A stretch of 64,000 nt of DNA from Balamuthia mandrillaris (lineage: Eukaryota). Location of the stretch: assembly GCA_031835245.2 (NCBI GenBank), contig JAVKOQ020000002.1, forward strand, positions 496,001 through 560,000, written 5' to 3'. Numbering within the stretch: position 1 is the first letter of the stretch; the number at the start of each line of letters is the position of its first letter. The notes below the pieces were generated by a model. That model was not told the DNA's origin, did not search any database, and worked only from the letters and a program-made list of their open reading frames with translations. The translations under genes were made by a program, and so were the position numbers. Shown piece after piece: positions 25,368 through 36,174 of this stretch.

Positions 25368-26644
25368 ATGAGCGTTGACGACGAAGACTGGGAGATCGCT
25401 TCGGACGACAGCCATGACGAAGGCTACAGCTCCTCCGATGCGGAAGAGGACTCCCCTCCAGAGAAACATACTATTCCTTCCGCTCCTCCTCCAAAACTCA
25501 AAAGGACAGCACAACAAGGAGAAGGAGGAGAGATTTGGCGAAGCATAGAACTGCTTCTCACCGAGAAAGAGAAACGCTCCTTTGAACTTTCTGTGGGTGA
25601 GCTTTTGGCTCGGCGGAGAGCAGACAAATTGAAGTCCAGCTCTGCTGAGAAACTGCCTGCACCTCCGCTTTCTTCTTCTTCGGCGACGGCCACTCCAGTT
25701 GGAAGACAACACAAACAGATCAGAAACCGAATCAAAGTGGGGGATGGAGAGGAGGAAGTGGACGAGGAATTAATACTTTCCGCCATGGAAATGAGTCTTT
25801 CAGGACATGGTTCTAAAATTGAGGAAAAGGATGCTGCAGGTATGTCCTTAACCTTTCTTTCGTTCTGCCCTCTTCTTGTCTGTCTTGTTCTTGTTCTTCC
25901 TATTCTTGTTCTGCTTCTGCTTCTTTGTTCTTGTTTATTCTTTTGTTGCTGCTGCTTTCTAAACAAGTCTTATACCAGACCAAGAGACACAAAAAGAAGG
26001 AGAAGACGCTAAACAAGAAGACAACAACAAAAAAGATGATGAAAAAGAAGTCATCCGAAAGCGATTGGAACAAGCGAGGGCACTTCTTATGGAGCGCAGA
26101 CAGTCAACTCGCGCGATGAGCGGCAGTCCTCCTTCCACCTCCTCTTCGGCCGGTTCTTCTACGACCTCCTCGGCCTCTTCCTCGATGGTCCTCAAGAGAG
26201 CCAACTCTGCTCCTTCCTTCGTGAACGAGCTCGAACAACAGAGAATCCTTCAAAGGCAAAAACAGCAGCAACTCGAGTTACTCAAGGAGAAGAGCAGGAA
26301 TGAAGTGGAGGTTAATTCCTCTCGTCAAAGTTGGAAAGCGGCAGCCTCAGACAAGACTGAAAGAAAGTCGTTGCTGCTAGCTCAACAACAACTTCATCAA
26401 CAACTCCAACTTCCTTCTTCACCTCCTTCCTCATCCTCTTCCTCCACTTCTTCTGGTTCTGGTGCAGCAACGCACACCAAACGACGATCGGAGACAGTGA
26501 ACGGAAGACATTTTGTGGAGTTGCATAAGTATATCGGTCGTTGGAAGAAACGGAGGATCAGGTTCACTGTTGCCATTCCCAACCTCAACTGTGTCGTTGG
26601 GCAAGAATTGGTCATTAATGGTTTGCTATTTTCTAAAACAGGAA

Positions 26645-26681
<37 letters not shown>

Positions 26682-27710
26682 GAAAAAGAGCGAGAAGAGA
26701 GAAGAGAGAAAAGAGTTTCTTTTATCTTCTAACTTTGAGCCCTTTCAGTTGGTATCGAGAACGAATCACAAGTCATAGTACAAGCAATCCGAGCGAAGCT
26801 CTTTGCCAGAGACAAAATCGCTGTTGCAAACTCGGGTTCATTCATCGACTCTCCACAACAGCAGCAACAGCAACATCAAGAAAAAGAAAAAGAAAAGAAG
26901 AGCAAGAAGGACAAAGACGCGTTTGTTATAGGCTCTCCGACCGGTTTCCAGAAGGTCACCGATCCATCTTCACATGCTGCGACCACCATTCCAACACCAA
27001 CATCACCAACACCTTCAGGCAAAGGAACGTTTTCCAAGTCTTTTCCGAAAGCGGTAACTCGTTCGGTTCGTGGCAACAAGAGCCAAAAGAAAGAAGAGAT
27101 TGTCATCGGCTCTCCTACGGGCTTCCAAAAGCTTTCCGGCAACTCTCCTTCCTCTCCTTCTTCTCCTCCTACCTCTCTAACTCCTTCTGCTTCATCGCCA
27201 CCATCTTCTTCTTCCTCTTCCTCACAACAACCGACGTTTTCTATCAACCTTTCTCGAGGACCAAGAAAAGAAGGACCAAGGGTGAGCACAGCACGCGCTG
27301 CTAGAGCTCAACAGCAACAACAGCTGTCCACACGAACGTCATCCACTTCATCATCAACAACAACAGAGGTTCCTGATCATCTCACCCATTTAGTGTCTCC
27401 ACGTGGCACTCATTCTCTTCGTGGACGAAAAGAAGGCACAACTTCATCCCCACCTTCTCCCACGTCTGCTTCTTTAGCCCCAAGCCTTGTTTTGGCCCAA
27501 CAAGAAGTCCAGGTCGCAATGGGAGCGAGCAGTGAAGGAGGAGCAGTAGCGGCATTACAAACGGAGGTACGGTTGAAAGTGGCAGTGGATGATCCAAAAG
27601 TGAAGGCAGACAAAGAGGCGTGGTGCTTCCAGTTGCGAGTGGAATGTGTCATCCAGAAACACAAACCGATCATCGCCAAAGTACCTCTCTCCATTCGCTT
27701 CCTAAACTAA
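25368..27710 (+). CDS. Protein with an arrestin-C-like beta domain interrupted by two CRIB-like motifs (exons 25368-25839, 25979-26620, 26749-27710)
   Basis: IRFTVAIPNLNCVVGQELVIN|VGIENESQVIVQAIRAKL ... FQLRVECVIQKHKPIIAKVPLSI fits the arrestin-C pattern. VIGSPTGFQK occurs twice. Confidence 0.6.
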
Positions 27711-27726
27711 AGATGTTTTTTTAATG

Positions 27727-29173
27727 TCACATAAGAATACAACGTTTATCGTTGTTTGAGCAACGCTGCTCTGCTTTTTGTTGTTCCAGTTTCAACCCAA
27801 CATGCCATCGCCATTCGTCAATCTGTCGAACGATTTCTTCCATCACCACTGCTTCTCCTTGAATCGCTTCTCTTCCAAACGGAACGACCATGCCATCTTT
27901 CACGCTGCACTCAAAAAAGTTATCCCTGAAGCAGAATCCACCCGCTTCCTTCTTCTCTCTGGTTGTGGTTCGCCAAGACGAAGGGGTGGACGAGAACCAT
28001 TGGTACTGGAGCAGAGAGTTGGCAAGCTCTTTGCCTTGTTTCGTGGAGACCTCTCGTTGCGTGGATGCAAGGTCAATCTTGTTGGCGAGAAGGATGATGG
28101 GCGGGCATGTTGTCATGTCGCACCCGCGAGAACGGAGGATGCTCTGCACAAAGGCGCGGACGGTTTGGAAGGAAGTGCTCGAAGTGATGGAGTACAGGAG
28201 AAGAAAGCCATCTGCTGTCCTCTCGTATTGATGCCTCACTGAAGGTAGAAATGATAATTAGAGTGTTGCACTTTCAAGTAGAAGGCAGTGGGAAAGAACA
28301 AGGAGAAGAACAGCAGAGGACAGAGTACAAGCAGAATATTCTTCTTGACCGGCAGTTACCACCAAGTCCAACACGACTTCCACCCCATCCACGACTATCA
28401 TCTTCCTAAAACTGTTACGCCAGCCAACAGGAAGCATCAACTGCTGAGACAAACAAAACAAAGTAGTTGAAGGGCAACACCAACCTATCTTCAATGACGG
28501 GGTCGTATTTCTCTATGAAGCTGCCCTGCACGTAATGCACCACAAACGCGTTTCTGCCACATCCTCCGGGACCCACCATTACCACGTTATACTGCGCTAA
28601 GCGCTGCCTGTGAAGGTGGTTGTGGCTTGATTTGCGATAGGTTGGGGGCTTGTGGTGGCTATGCGAACTCCACTCTATCTTTTTGGCCGTTCTTACTGGG
28701 CCTGTTTTGTGGAACGGCAGGTTAAGAGACGTACACCGGAAACCGAACAACAGAGACGTACCGAAGTATTTGTCTTTCCACAGGGAGGCTTCTGAACCAA
28801 GCATCCGCCATTCAAGGCACACGCATTGAACCAGCCGCAGTTGAACGGCGGTAAGATATGAAAAGATAAGCAGCTTCAGTTCAATGGGCAGCTCCTCAAA
28901 GTGACACCTTTCTGTCTCTTCATCTCCCCACGAAGGGGTTTTCTTCGTTCTTTTTCGTCGCGATAGCAGACTTGTTCGTTTGCGCTGCTGTTCCCGGCAA
29001 CCGTTTTCGTCTGTGTTGCAACAGGGGAAAGCCTGTTGGTCATCATTGACGGCCGGAACGGGCGGCAATGAGGAGGAACGAGGAGGAAAGACTCTGATTG
29101 AGCGGGAGTTATGAATGGGATGGGCCGCTCCTCCGGAGGAAGAGCGCGAACGAGACCTTTGGCCGTCCTCCAT
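27727..29173 (-). CDS. F-box-Ras-like pseudo-GTPase B with CaaX (exons 29173-28762, 28701-28485, 28411-28329, 28238-27727)
   Basis: F-box FEELPIELKLLIFSYL..VQCVCLEW..SLW, then YNVVMVGPGGCGRN, YDPVIEDSF, VTAGQEEY, LANKID, ECSVK, ending CILM. The three introns have the same positions and phases as in paralog A. Confidence 0.88.
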
Positions 29174-29767
29174 GCCGTGCAGCACTCTCTTTTTGTTCTT
29201 TATTGTTAGTTCTTTTTGCGACCTAATGGCCACCCTAATGGTCTTCCAACAGGCAACTTTCGGCTGGAGGAAACGGGGCGGCGATCCTATCAGTTGCATT
29301 GTGCAGTGGCGGGACAAAACTGTTCATAAAAGATCCCTTCCCATGTTCTGCCTGGATGTGGTGAATCGGATGGAACGCCATAAAAAGGGAAACATGTCCT
29401 TTCGCTGCCCCTATCCACTCGAAAAATGTGATCACAGCGACTCGGGCATGCCCACCGTCTCCCAGCAGACCACGAAGAAAATGCGTTTGTTTTCCAGTTT
29501 GCCGAAGCCAAGCTGTGGTGTTTTTTTTTTTTTGTTTTTTGTGCGGTGTGATAACTACTCTTCCCTTTCCTGCCTCCCAGAGACCTCCCCATCAACGTGT
29601 GCATCGAACGAACGAACGAACGACCGTCAAAACACAAACTCCGCACAATCCTCTCGAGCCTCCTCCGAGACGCCTCCCTTCTAGGGTCCACCTGGAAGCG
29701 GGCCCACCCCCACCGCAAAGAAGATGAAGGCGCCAGGATACTCAGGTACTCTCAAAGGTTTGCCAAC

Positions 29768-29884
29768 AATCGAATAATCCAAATATTATTTTAAGTTTCA
29801 TCGATTTTCGAAAATATCAGAGAGGAAATCGAATGATCAAAATATTATTGTAAGTTTCGTCGAATATCGAAAATATCAGAGGGG
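29768..29884. repeat. Two imperfect tandem copies of a 59-nt AT-rich unit in a divergent intergenic region
   Basis: aatcgaataatccaaatattattttaagtttcatcgattttcgaaaatatcagagagg versus aatcgaatgatcaaaatattattgtaagtttcgtcgaatatcgaaaatatcagagggg. Confidence 0.85.
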
Positions 29885-30114
29885 TCATCCGAAATATTCG
29901 AAGATAAAGAAAGAAAGCAAGAAGAACACATTTTCCCTTCCCTTCCCTTCCCTTCCCTTCCCTTCCTTTGCTTGCTCTGCTGCTCCTCTCTCCCTTTCGC
30001 TTGGATCCGTTTTGGGGGGTTTTTTCTTTTTTGAGCGTTGGCTTTCTTTTTTATTTTGGTTTCTTGCAGCAACAACAACACGCACGCACAAACAAACAAA
30101 CAAAAAAATAAAAC

Positions 30115-30601
30115 ATGGCAGCACCAGAACCAGCGGAGCCCCTTCAGAGCATAGTGCCAGCCGAGACCAAGCAGCTGCGTGCCTGCCTGTTCTGCTCGCT
30201 GGTCAAGACGTGGGCCCAATTCGAGTTTAATGGCTGCGAGAACTGTCCTTTCCTGGAGATGGAGGAGGACCCTGAAAACATCGGAGACTGCACCAGTTCC
30301 AACTTTGATGGGTCCGTTGTTTTGTTTCTCGTCTCTCTTTCTCTCTCTCTCTCTCTCCCTCGTCCCTCTCACCATCTAATCTGTTCTTGCTTCCATCTTT
30401 TAAACAAACAGAATGGTAGCAATGATGAAACCGGACGAAAGTTGGGTGGCCAAATGGCAGGGCCTGAGAGGAACGAGAAAGTCCTTCCAACCGGGCGTCT
30501 ACGCCCTCTCCGTGACTGGCAAATTGCCACAGCACGTCATCAAGAACCTGGAAGCACAAAAGATTCGCTACGTCTCGCGGGACAGGACTCGACACACATA
30601 A
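30115..30601 (+). CDS. SPT4: Transcription elongation factor SPT4 (intron 30312-30411)
   Basis: LRACLFCSLVKT..QFE.NGCENC...CTSSNFDG|MVAMMKPDESWVAKWQ...PGVYALSVTGKLP. Confidence 0.96.
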
Positions 30602-30694
30602 TACCCTTTCCCCTCTCTTTCTTCTGTAAAACCAGCTTCCACCTCAGCGCCATCCCTTCTCTCTCTGCTTTCTGCTTTCTGCTTTCTGCTTTCT

Positions 30695-30734
<40 letters not shown>

Positions 30735-30937
30735 AGAGCTTCTCCGCCTCAGTTTTCTCGTTCTCTTTCTTCTTTCGCTCTTGTCGGCTGCTTCTCTGTT
30801 CCCTTTATCATTCGTTCTGTAGGTTGTTTTCTATGTTCTCTTTCTTCTTCTTGCTTGCTTTCTCTTTTCCATCTTTTGTTTTTTCAACTTTGTTTTTTTG
30901 GTTCAGGAGTACGTCGCGCGTGTCGTGTTTTCTTCTT

Positions 30938-31746
30938 TTAGTGGAGCTTCTTGATGAGGCCTCGTCCCCAACGAAGATAGGCGACCACACCGATGCTCAC
31001 CACCAGCAGCACTATCAGGAAGATGAGGATGATCTTGTTGGTGATCAGCTGCCGGCCCATTCCCATCGCTATCCTTCTCGTCGATCTCATGTTCTCGTTG
31101 ATCAATTCGTTCTGTTGGTTCGTTTGCGATGAGAAGTGAAGCCCTCATCGAGGTAAACAACAGGCAAAGAAAGGAACCTTGTCTCTGGCGCGACGGAGGG
31201 TGTCTCCTTGTTCGGCGAGGGTGGCTTGGATCTCACGGCCAATGTGTTCGCTCTGCAGAGCGGTCCTGTGCGTGTTCTGTAGTCGTTCGCTGTGGTCATC
31301 CACGCGTATGTTCGACTGAAGCAGCCCTGATCTTTGGTCCACGTGCAACACCTTTGGAGCAACGAAATACAAGATGAACAAGAGAAAGAAGAAGAAGAAG
31401 AAGAAGAAGAAGAAGAAGAAGAAGAAGAAGAAGAAGAAGAAGAAGAAGAACAAGAAGAAGAAGAAGAAGAACAAGAAGAAGAAGAAGAAGAACAAGAAGA
31501 AGAACAAGAAGAACAATAAGGAGAAGAAGAAGAACAAGAAGAACAATAAGGAGAAGAAGAAGAACAAGAAAAGTGAAGGAAGCAGGAGAAGAGACAAGGA
31601 GGAAAGCTTACGGCTACATCTTCGGTATCCCAGCTCCGATCCGAGCGAGAGGGGGCAAAGAGGTTGTTTCTGTCTTGTTGATAGTTGTAGGTGTTGCCAT
31701 AGGTGCTCCTTGTGCTGCCATACGAAGTCGTTGAGCTGAAAGACAT
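30938..31746 (-). CDS. VTI1: VTI1-like Qb-SNARE, tail-anchored (3 exons)
   Basis: DQRSGLL..SERLQNTHRTALQSEHIGREIQATLAEQGDTLRRARDK|NELINENMRSTRRIAMGMGRQLITNKIILIFLIVLLVVSIGVVAY. Confidence 0.85.
31378..31570. repeat. (GAA)n-rich intronic microsatellite
   Basis: Seen directly, inside the SNARE gene intron. Confidence 0.9.
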
Positions 31747-32142
31747 CTTTTTTTCCTCTCTCTCTAAACTTTTTTCTTTCTACTTCTTCCCCCTTTTTGT
31801 TTGTTTCCCACCGCAAAAGCAATCCATCCGTTCCAAAACAAAAAAGGATTAGATTACATCTTTGTTTTTTTCTAAAAAGAACCATGGTTGGTTGCGACAA
31901 GAAAGCGTACCTCTCTCTTTTGCTTTGTGGCTTGAGGCCTTGCTCGGTCAATCAATCAGTCGAACTTCTCTTTTTCGCTTTCTTCTTTATTTTTTCGAAG
32001 GAGAAGAGAGAGGACTGGATCCAAGACAGGAGACAGGTCGTCCAACGGGAAACTCCCCTTTTCAAGGGACATGAGCTAGGACTAAGGAGAAGACGTGAGA
32101 GAGCATGTCCGCAAAAATTGAGCCCACACCTCAAATAAAAAG

Positions 32143-32505
32143 ATGAGCGAAGATGAGGAGGTTCGGACGATAAGAGCGCTGCGGCTCTCTCTTCAAGGCC
32201 TCGCAGAGATGCTGCGATTCATGTATCACGTTCTTTCTCATCTTTTCTCTCTCTTTGTTTTGTTTTCTCACAAAACAAAAAAAAGGAAACAGGACATGGA
32301 AACCGTGGCAGACAATATGGAACATCTCAGCCGCCTCAACAGCGGTTGGTCCATCGTCACAGAGCCGCGATCGCAAACAAGCTCACTCATGATGGAAGGA
32401 GAAGAACAAGAACAGCTCTATCATGAAGGACACCCACCAAAGGGAGATAAGCTCTCTGCTACCACCCACCCTCTTCAGCACCTCACCCAACGCACCTTCT
32501 CTTGA
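32143..32505 (+). CDS. Small helical protein, possibly DASH/Dam1 Duo1-like (probable intron 32223-32285)
   Basis: Spliced sequence MSEDEEVRTIRALRLSLQGLAEMLRFMKQDMETVADNMEHLSRLNSGWSIVTEP...; AATAAA just after the stop. Confidence 0.6.
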   Translation: MSEDEEVRTIRALRLSLQGLAEMLRFMYHVLSHLFSLFVLFSHKTKKRKQDMETVADNMEHLSRLNSGWSIVTEPRSQTSSLMMEGEEQEQLYHEGHPPKGDKLSATTHPLQHLTQRTFS

Positions 32506-32616
32506 AACAATAAAGTACAGCTTGAAGAAGACAGAAGCAAAGAAGAAGGAAGAAGAAGAGGAAGAGGAGAGCAAGAGGAAGAAGGACAAGAATGCAAAGA
32601 AGAAAACAACAAATCA

Positions 32617-35247
32617 TCAACAAACACAACAAGTGACCAACTTATTGCCACGTACGGTGGCTGTGGTTGTTGTTGATGGTGCCGCCACCACTCCTCCAGT
32701 GATGTTGCCATTGCTGCTTCTTCCTCTTCTATTGCTTGTTGAGTATGACGACGATAAACGAGTACTTCTTCTTCTTTGTGTGAGAGATTCGCTCTTTCTT
32801 CTTGTTGCGTTTGTTTTTTTTGTAGCTGCTGTTGTTCCTTTTTTCCGCTGCGATGACTTGTTCCTCTGTGAAGCCTGCTCATCCTCTTCGGGTTCTTCTT
32901 CAACTTTGACGGAGGCTCTTTGTTGGCTGCAGTTGTTCGCTTTGTTCTTCTGTTTCTTCTTGGCAGGTTTTCGTTGTTGTTTTCCAACTGAATGCATGTT
33001 TTCCTTTTGTTTCGTTGCGTCTACTTCTCTGGTTCTCTTCTTGGAGCATAGTGGAGACACGCTGCTTTCTTCTTCCCCCTCCTCCTCCTCCTCCTGCTTT
33101 ATGGCAGAAAAGGGAAGAAGCGTCTCTACGTTCTTCACCTGTTCTCTTTCTTGTCTTGTTTCCTTCTCTTCCTCTTTCTTGTCCACCTTCCCTGTCACGT
33201 CTTCTTCACCTTTGTCGTGCGATTTCTGTTTATCCTCTTTCTCTTCTTCCATTGTCGAGGTAGAAGGAGACGTAGAAGGAGATTTAGAGGGACAGGAAGA
33301 GGGAGAGGAAGAAGCTTGATCAAAAGCAAGGATAAGGCTCTGGTCGAGGATGTTGTCGGTGGGCTCCCAAGAGTTGTACTTGGAAGAGTATCCCTCCCAC
33401 TTGACGAGGTACTCCACCACCAGCTGCCGCCGTCTTACGCGATGTCGTCTAATGCGCCTCGGTCCAAACTGCACCCAGCGCTCTCTCTTGGCCAACAGCT
33501 TTTCCACATAGTAGATATTGCCGTCTTTTTCCACTGGAGGCGGGTTCTGTGTGCCTTCTTCTTTCTCTTCCTCATCTTCTTTATTCTTCCCGTTTTCTTC
33601 GTTAACATTTTCTTTATCGTTACCTTCAGCTTTATCTCCAGCTTCATCTTCAGCTTCATCTTCATCTTTTTCTGTTTCCGTTCCTGTTTCATTTCCTCTT
33701 GCTTCTTGCTGTGCTGTCGTTGTCTCGTTGTCTTTGATAAGATTGAGATTGTCTTCGAAAGGCAAAGAAGATGGAGAAGAAGGAGAGGAGGAGCAACAAG
33801 GTGACTCGGTTCCTGGTGATGGCTCTTTATTCGCTACTTCGTTTCCATTTTCTTCTTTTTCCTCTTTTGGCTCGTTCACATTCTCTATCTCGCTCTCGCT
33901 CTCTCTTTTGTTTTCGTTAAAAGAATGTTGGGGATGATCGATGTTGAGCATTGCTTTTTCTTTCAACGCTCTCTCTATGGTAGCGAGAAGACGAGTTGGA
34001 AGAGAGGTGGCAAAGGAAGGCTGATAGTCGGACCCGCTGAAATTTTCCGAGATCTCTGCGTTCTCTATTGACCTTCTCTTTCTCTTCTGTTGCTTTTTGG
34101 TTGTGGGTTCGGTTGATGTGACAGCAGAGCTTTCAACAGGCACGTTTTTCATCCGGCGTTTTCTCTTGGCTATCCTTCTTGCGTTGTTGTTTGTCGTTGT
34201 TGTGAGTTGCTGGTTTAGCTTTTGCTGCTCTATCTGTCCTGATTGATGCAGAATCTGCTGTTCAAGTGCTGAAGAAAGGAGAGAAGGAGAAACGGGCACA
34301 CAAGGTAAAGAAGGAGATGACGAGGAAGATGAAGACGAAGAGGACGAAGAGGGAGAAGGCTTTCTCTTCAGTCTTTCCTCTGCATGAGCCTTATCCACAA
34401 GATACATGTAAAACGGAATACATTTGTCCGTCCATGAGACGCCATCGCGAGGACCTGTGAACTCGGCCCAGGGATAGTGAAACATATGGCAAGGGTCGTC
34501 CTTGAAGCGATCACTCCAAGGCCTAAACCTGGGCCTAAAGTTCCGCAGAGAAACGATGCGAGTTCCATCGCGTAGGAGTTGATGGCAACGACGGAGGGTG
34601 GCCTCCTCCAAGGCAGGAGGGAAGCAGTAGTTGTTGATGAGGATGACGGTGGCTTGTCCAAACTCAAAGGAAGGAGAGGTAAGATCGCCGCGGATGAAGC
34701 CGGTCTGTCCGGTCCTAAGTCCTCGTTTCCGTAACTTTGTGTTGAGCAAAGAAGTTGAGAAACAGAAGAACAAGAAGAAGAAGTGAAAGAAGAAGAAGAA
34801 GAAGAAGAAGAAGAAGAAGAACAAGAAGAAGAAGAACAAGAAGAACAAGAACAAGAAGAAGAACAAGAAGCGAGGAAGAGAAAATGAAGAAAAGCTAACC
34901 TCCGAAGACCAATGATCGTTCAGCTCCACAGCAATGTCATGCAGGTCTTCGCGAACCTCCACGCCAAAAGCCTTGCACCCCGTCTGCGCCGCCACCTGGT
35001 TGACCACGTTGCCCACACCCGAGCCTAGGTCAAAAAACACATCGTCCCGGCCTATCCCCGCACAATGGATGATCTCGTGAACAAAAGCAGGCAGCACCTC
35101 GCCGTAGACCTCACGGGAGCCGGTGGCGTAGCGGCGGAGCACTTTCGGCTTGTAAGCTCCCGAGCATAACTTGACGTGTTCCCACAACTGGGCACATTGT
35201 TGCCAAGTGGGAAAGTTGGTGCTCTCGCTTGATTCTTCTTCCTCCAT
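32617..35247 (-). CDS. DOT1: DOT1-family histone H3K79 methyltransferase fused to a chromodomain (intron 34735-34899)
   Basis: [56 protein letters not shown] is DOT1. [29 protein letters not shown] is a chromodomain. Confidence 0.9.
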   Translation of the reverse strand: MEEEESSESTNFPTWQQCAQLWEHVKLCSGAYKPKVLRRYATGSREVYGEVLPAFVHEIIHCAGIGRDDVFFDLGSGVGNVVNQVAAQTGCKAFGVEVREDLHDIAVELNDHWSSEVSFSSFSLPRFLFFFLFLFFLFFFFLFFFFFFFFFFFFHFFFLFFCFSTSLLNTKLRKRGLRTGQTGFIRGDLTSPSFEFGQATVILINNYCFPPALEEATLRRCHQLLRDGTRIVSLRNFRPRFRPWSDRFKDDPCHMFHYPWAEFTGPRDGVSWTDKCIPFYMYLVDKAHAEERLKRKPSPSSSSSSSSSSSSPSLPCVPVSPSLLSSALEQQILHQSGQIEQQKLNQQLTTTTNNNARRIAKRKRRMKNVPVESSAVTSTEPTTKKQQKRKRRSIENAEISENFSGSDYQPSFATSLPTRLLATIERALKEKAMLNIDHPQHSFNENKRESESEIENVNEPKEEKEENGNEVANKEPSPGTESPCCSSSPSSPSSLPFEDNLNLIKDNETTTAQQEARGNETGTETEKDEDEAEDEAGDKAEGNDKENVNEENGKNKEDEEEKEEGTQNPPPVEKDGNIYYVEKLLAKRERWVQFGPRRIRRHRVRRRQLVVEYLVKWEGYSSKYNSWEPTDNILDQSLILAFDQASSSPSSCPSKSPSTSPSTSTMEEEKEDKQKSHDKGEEDVTGKVDKKEEEKETRQEREQVKNVETLLPFSAIKQEEEEEGEEESSVSPLCSKKRTREVDATKQKENMHSVGKQQRKPAKKKQKNKANNCSQQRASVKVEEEPEEDEQASQRNKSSQRKKGTTAATKKTNATRRKSESLTQRRRSTRLSSSYSTSNRRGRSSNGNITGGVVAAPSTTTTATVRGNKLVTCCVC

Positions 35248-35580
35248 CTGTATATTTTTGTTTTGTTCCCCTCCCTCCTCCCACCTCCCACAGCAGTGCT
35301 CCTTCTTCTTCTCCGTCGATCTGCTTGTCTCGCTGCCCACTACTTTTTTTCTTTGTTGTCTTCGTCTTTTTTGTCGACGTTCAATTTTTGCGGACTGAAT
35401 TCCCTCTTTAGGGCATTTCAAGATTACATGAGGGGTCATATAACGTGAAAAGGAGAATTACATATTTTCTACCAAATTTCTATCAATTTTTCTGAAATGA
35501 AGGAATGCGAAGAATTTGTCGACACAATTTGAAATCGGGGCAAAAAAACCGAAAGAGAAGAGAGAAGGGGAGAAGAGGGA

Positions 35581-36142
35581 ATGGCGGATGAGCTTCTTCA
35601 CTCCAAGCCATCCGCTGCGGCTAACAACAACGAGGAGGAGGGGGAGGAGGAGGAGGGCTCTAAGCAAACCGCAGAAAGCAACGAAGAGGGAGATTCTTCT
35701 GGTGGAGGAGACTCCTCTCCCAGATCCACGAGCAGCAGCAGCGGTGAGGATGCGTCGGAAGGGGAGGAGGTAATGGATGAGGGGGAGGCGGATGAAGGAG
35801 AGGAAGAGGGCGAGGAAGAGGGTTCAGGGGATGAAGAAGAAGAGGGGGAGGAGGAGGAGGAAGACGAAGCTGAAGGAGGAGCAGAAGAGGAGGAAGAAGA
35901 ACCAGAGGAGGAAGGAGAAGAAGAAGACGAAGAAGATGGATCAGAGGAGTCAAGCGAAGGTGAAGATGTGGACGAGGAGGAGGAAGAAGAAGAACACGAC
36001 CAAAAGGAAGAGGCAGCGAGCAAGGCTGAACGTGAACAATGGGTTCGTTTTCCCTTTTTCATCCTTTTCTTTTCTTTTCTTTTCTTTTCTTTTCTTTTCT
36101 TTTCTTTTCTTTTCTTTTCTTTTCTTTTCTTTTCTTTTCTTT

Positions 36143-36174
<32 letters not shown>

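Noticed and set aside
19009..29173. Operon-like degradation module (F-box-Ras, CHMP2, membrane protein, arrestin-like)
   Set aside because: Mixed orientations and no evidence of co-regulation; adjacency in a compact eukaryotic genome is weak evidence.
29115..29727. ORFs of 100-190 aa upstream of F-box-Ras B
   Set aside because: No recognisable motifs or splice model; probably spurious.
29768..29905. CRISPR-like or iteron array
   Set aside because: Only two adjacent copies with no spacers, no cas genes and a eukaryotic context.
31145..31951. Poly-Phe and poly-Lys ORFs
   Set aside because: Artefacts of the intronic (GAA)n repeat.
32423..33937. Long plus-strand ORFs opposite DOT1
   Set aside because: Antisense shadows of purine-rich, low-complexity coding sequence.
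35248..35439. N-terminal extension of the 940-aa DOT1 ORF
   Set aside because: It reads like purine-rich 5'UTR. The ATG at 35247 is preferred, though the extension is not excluded.
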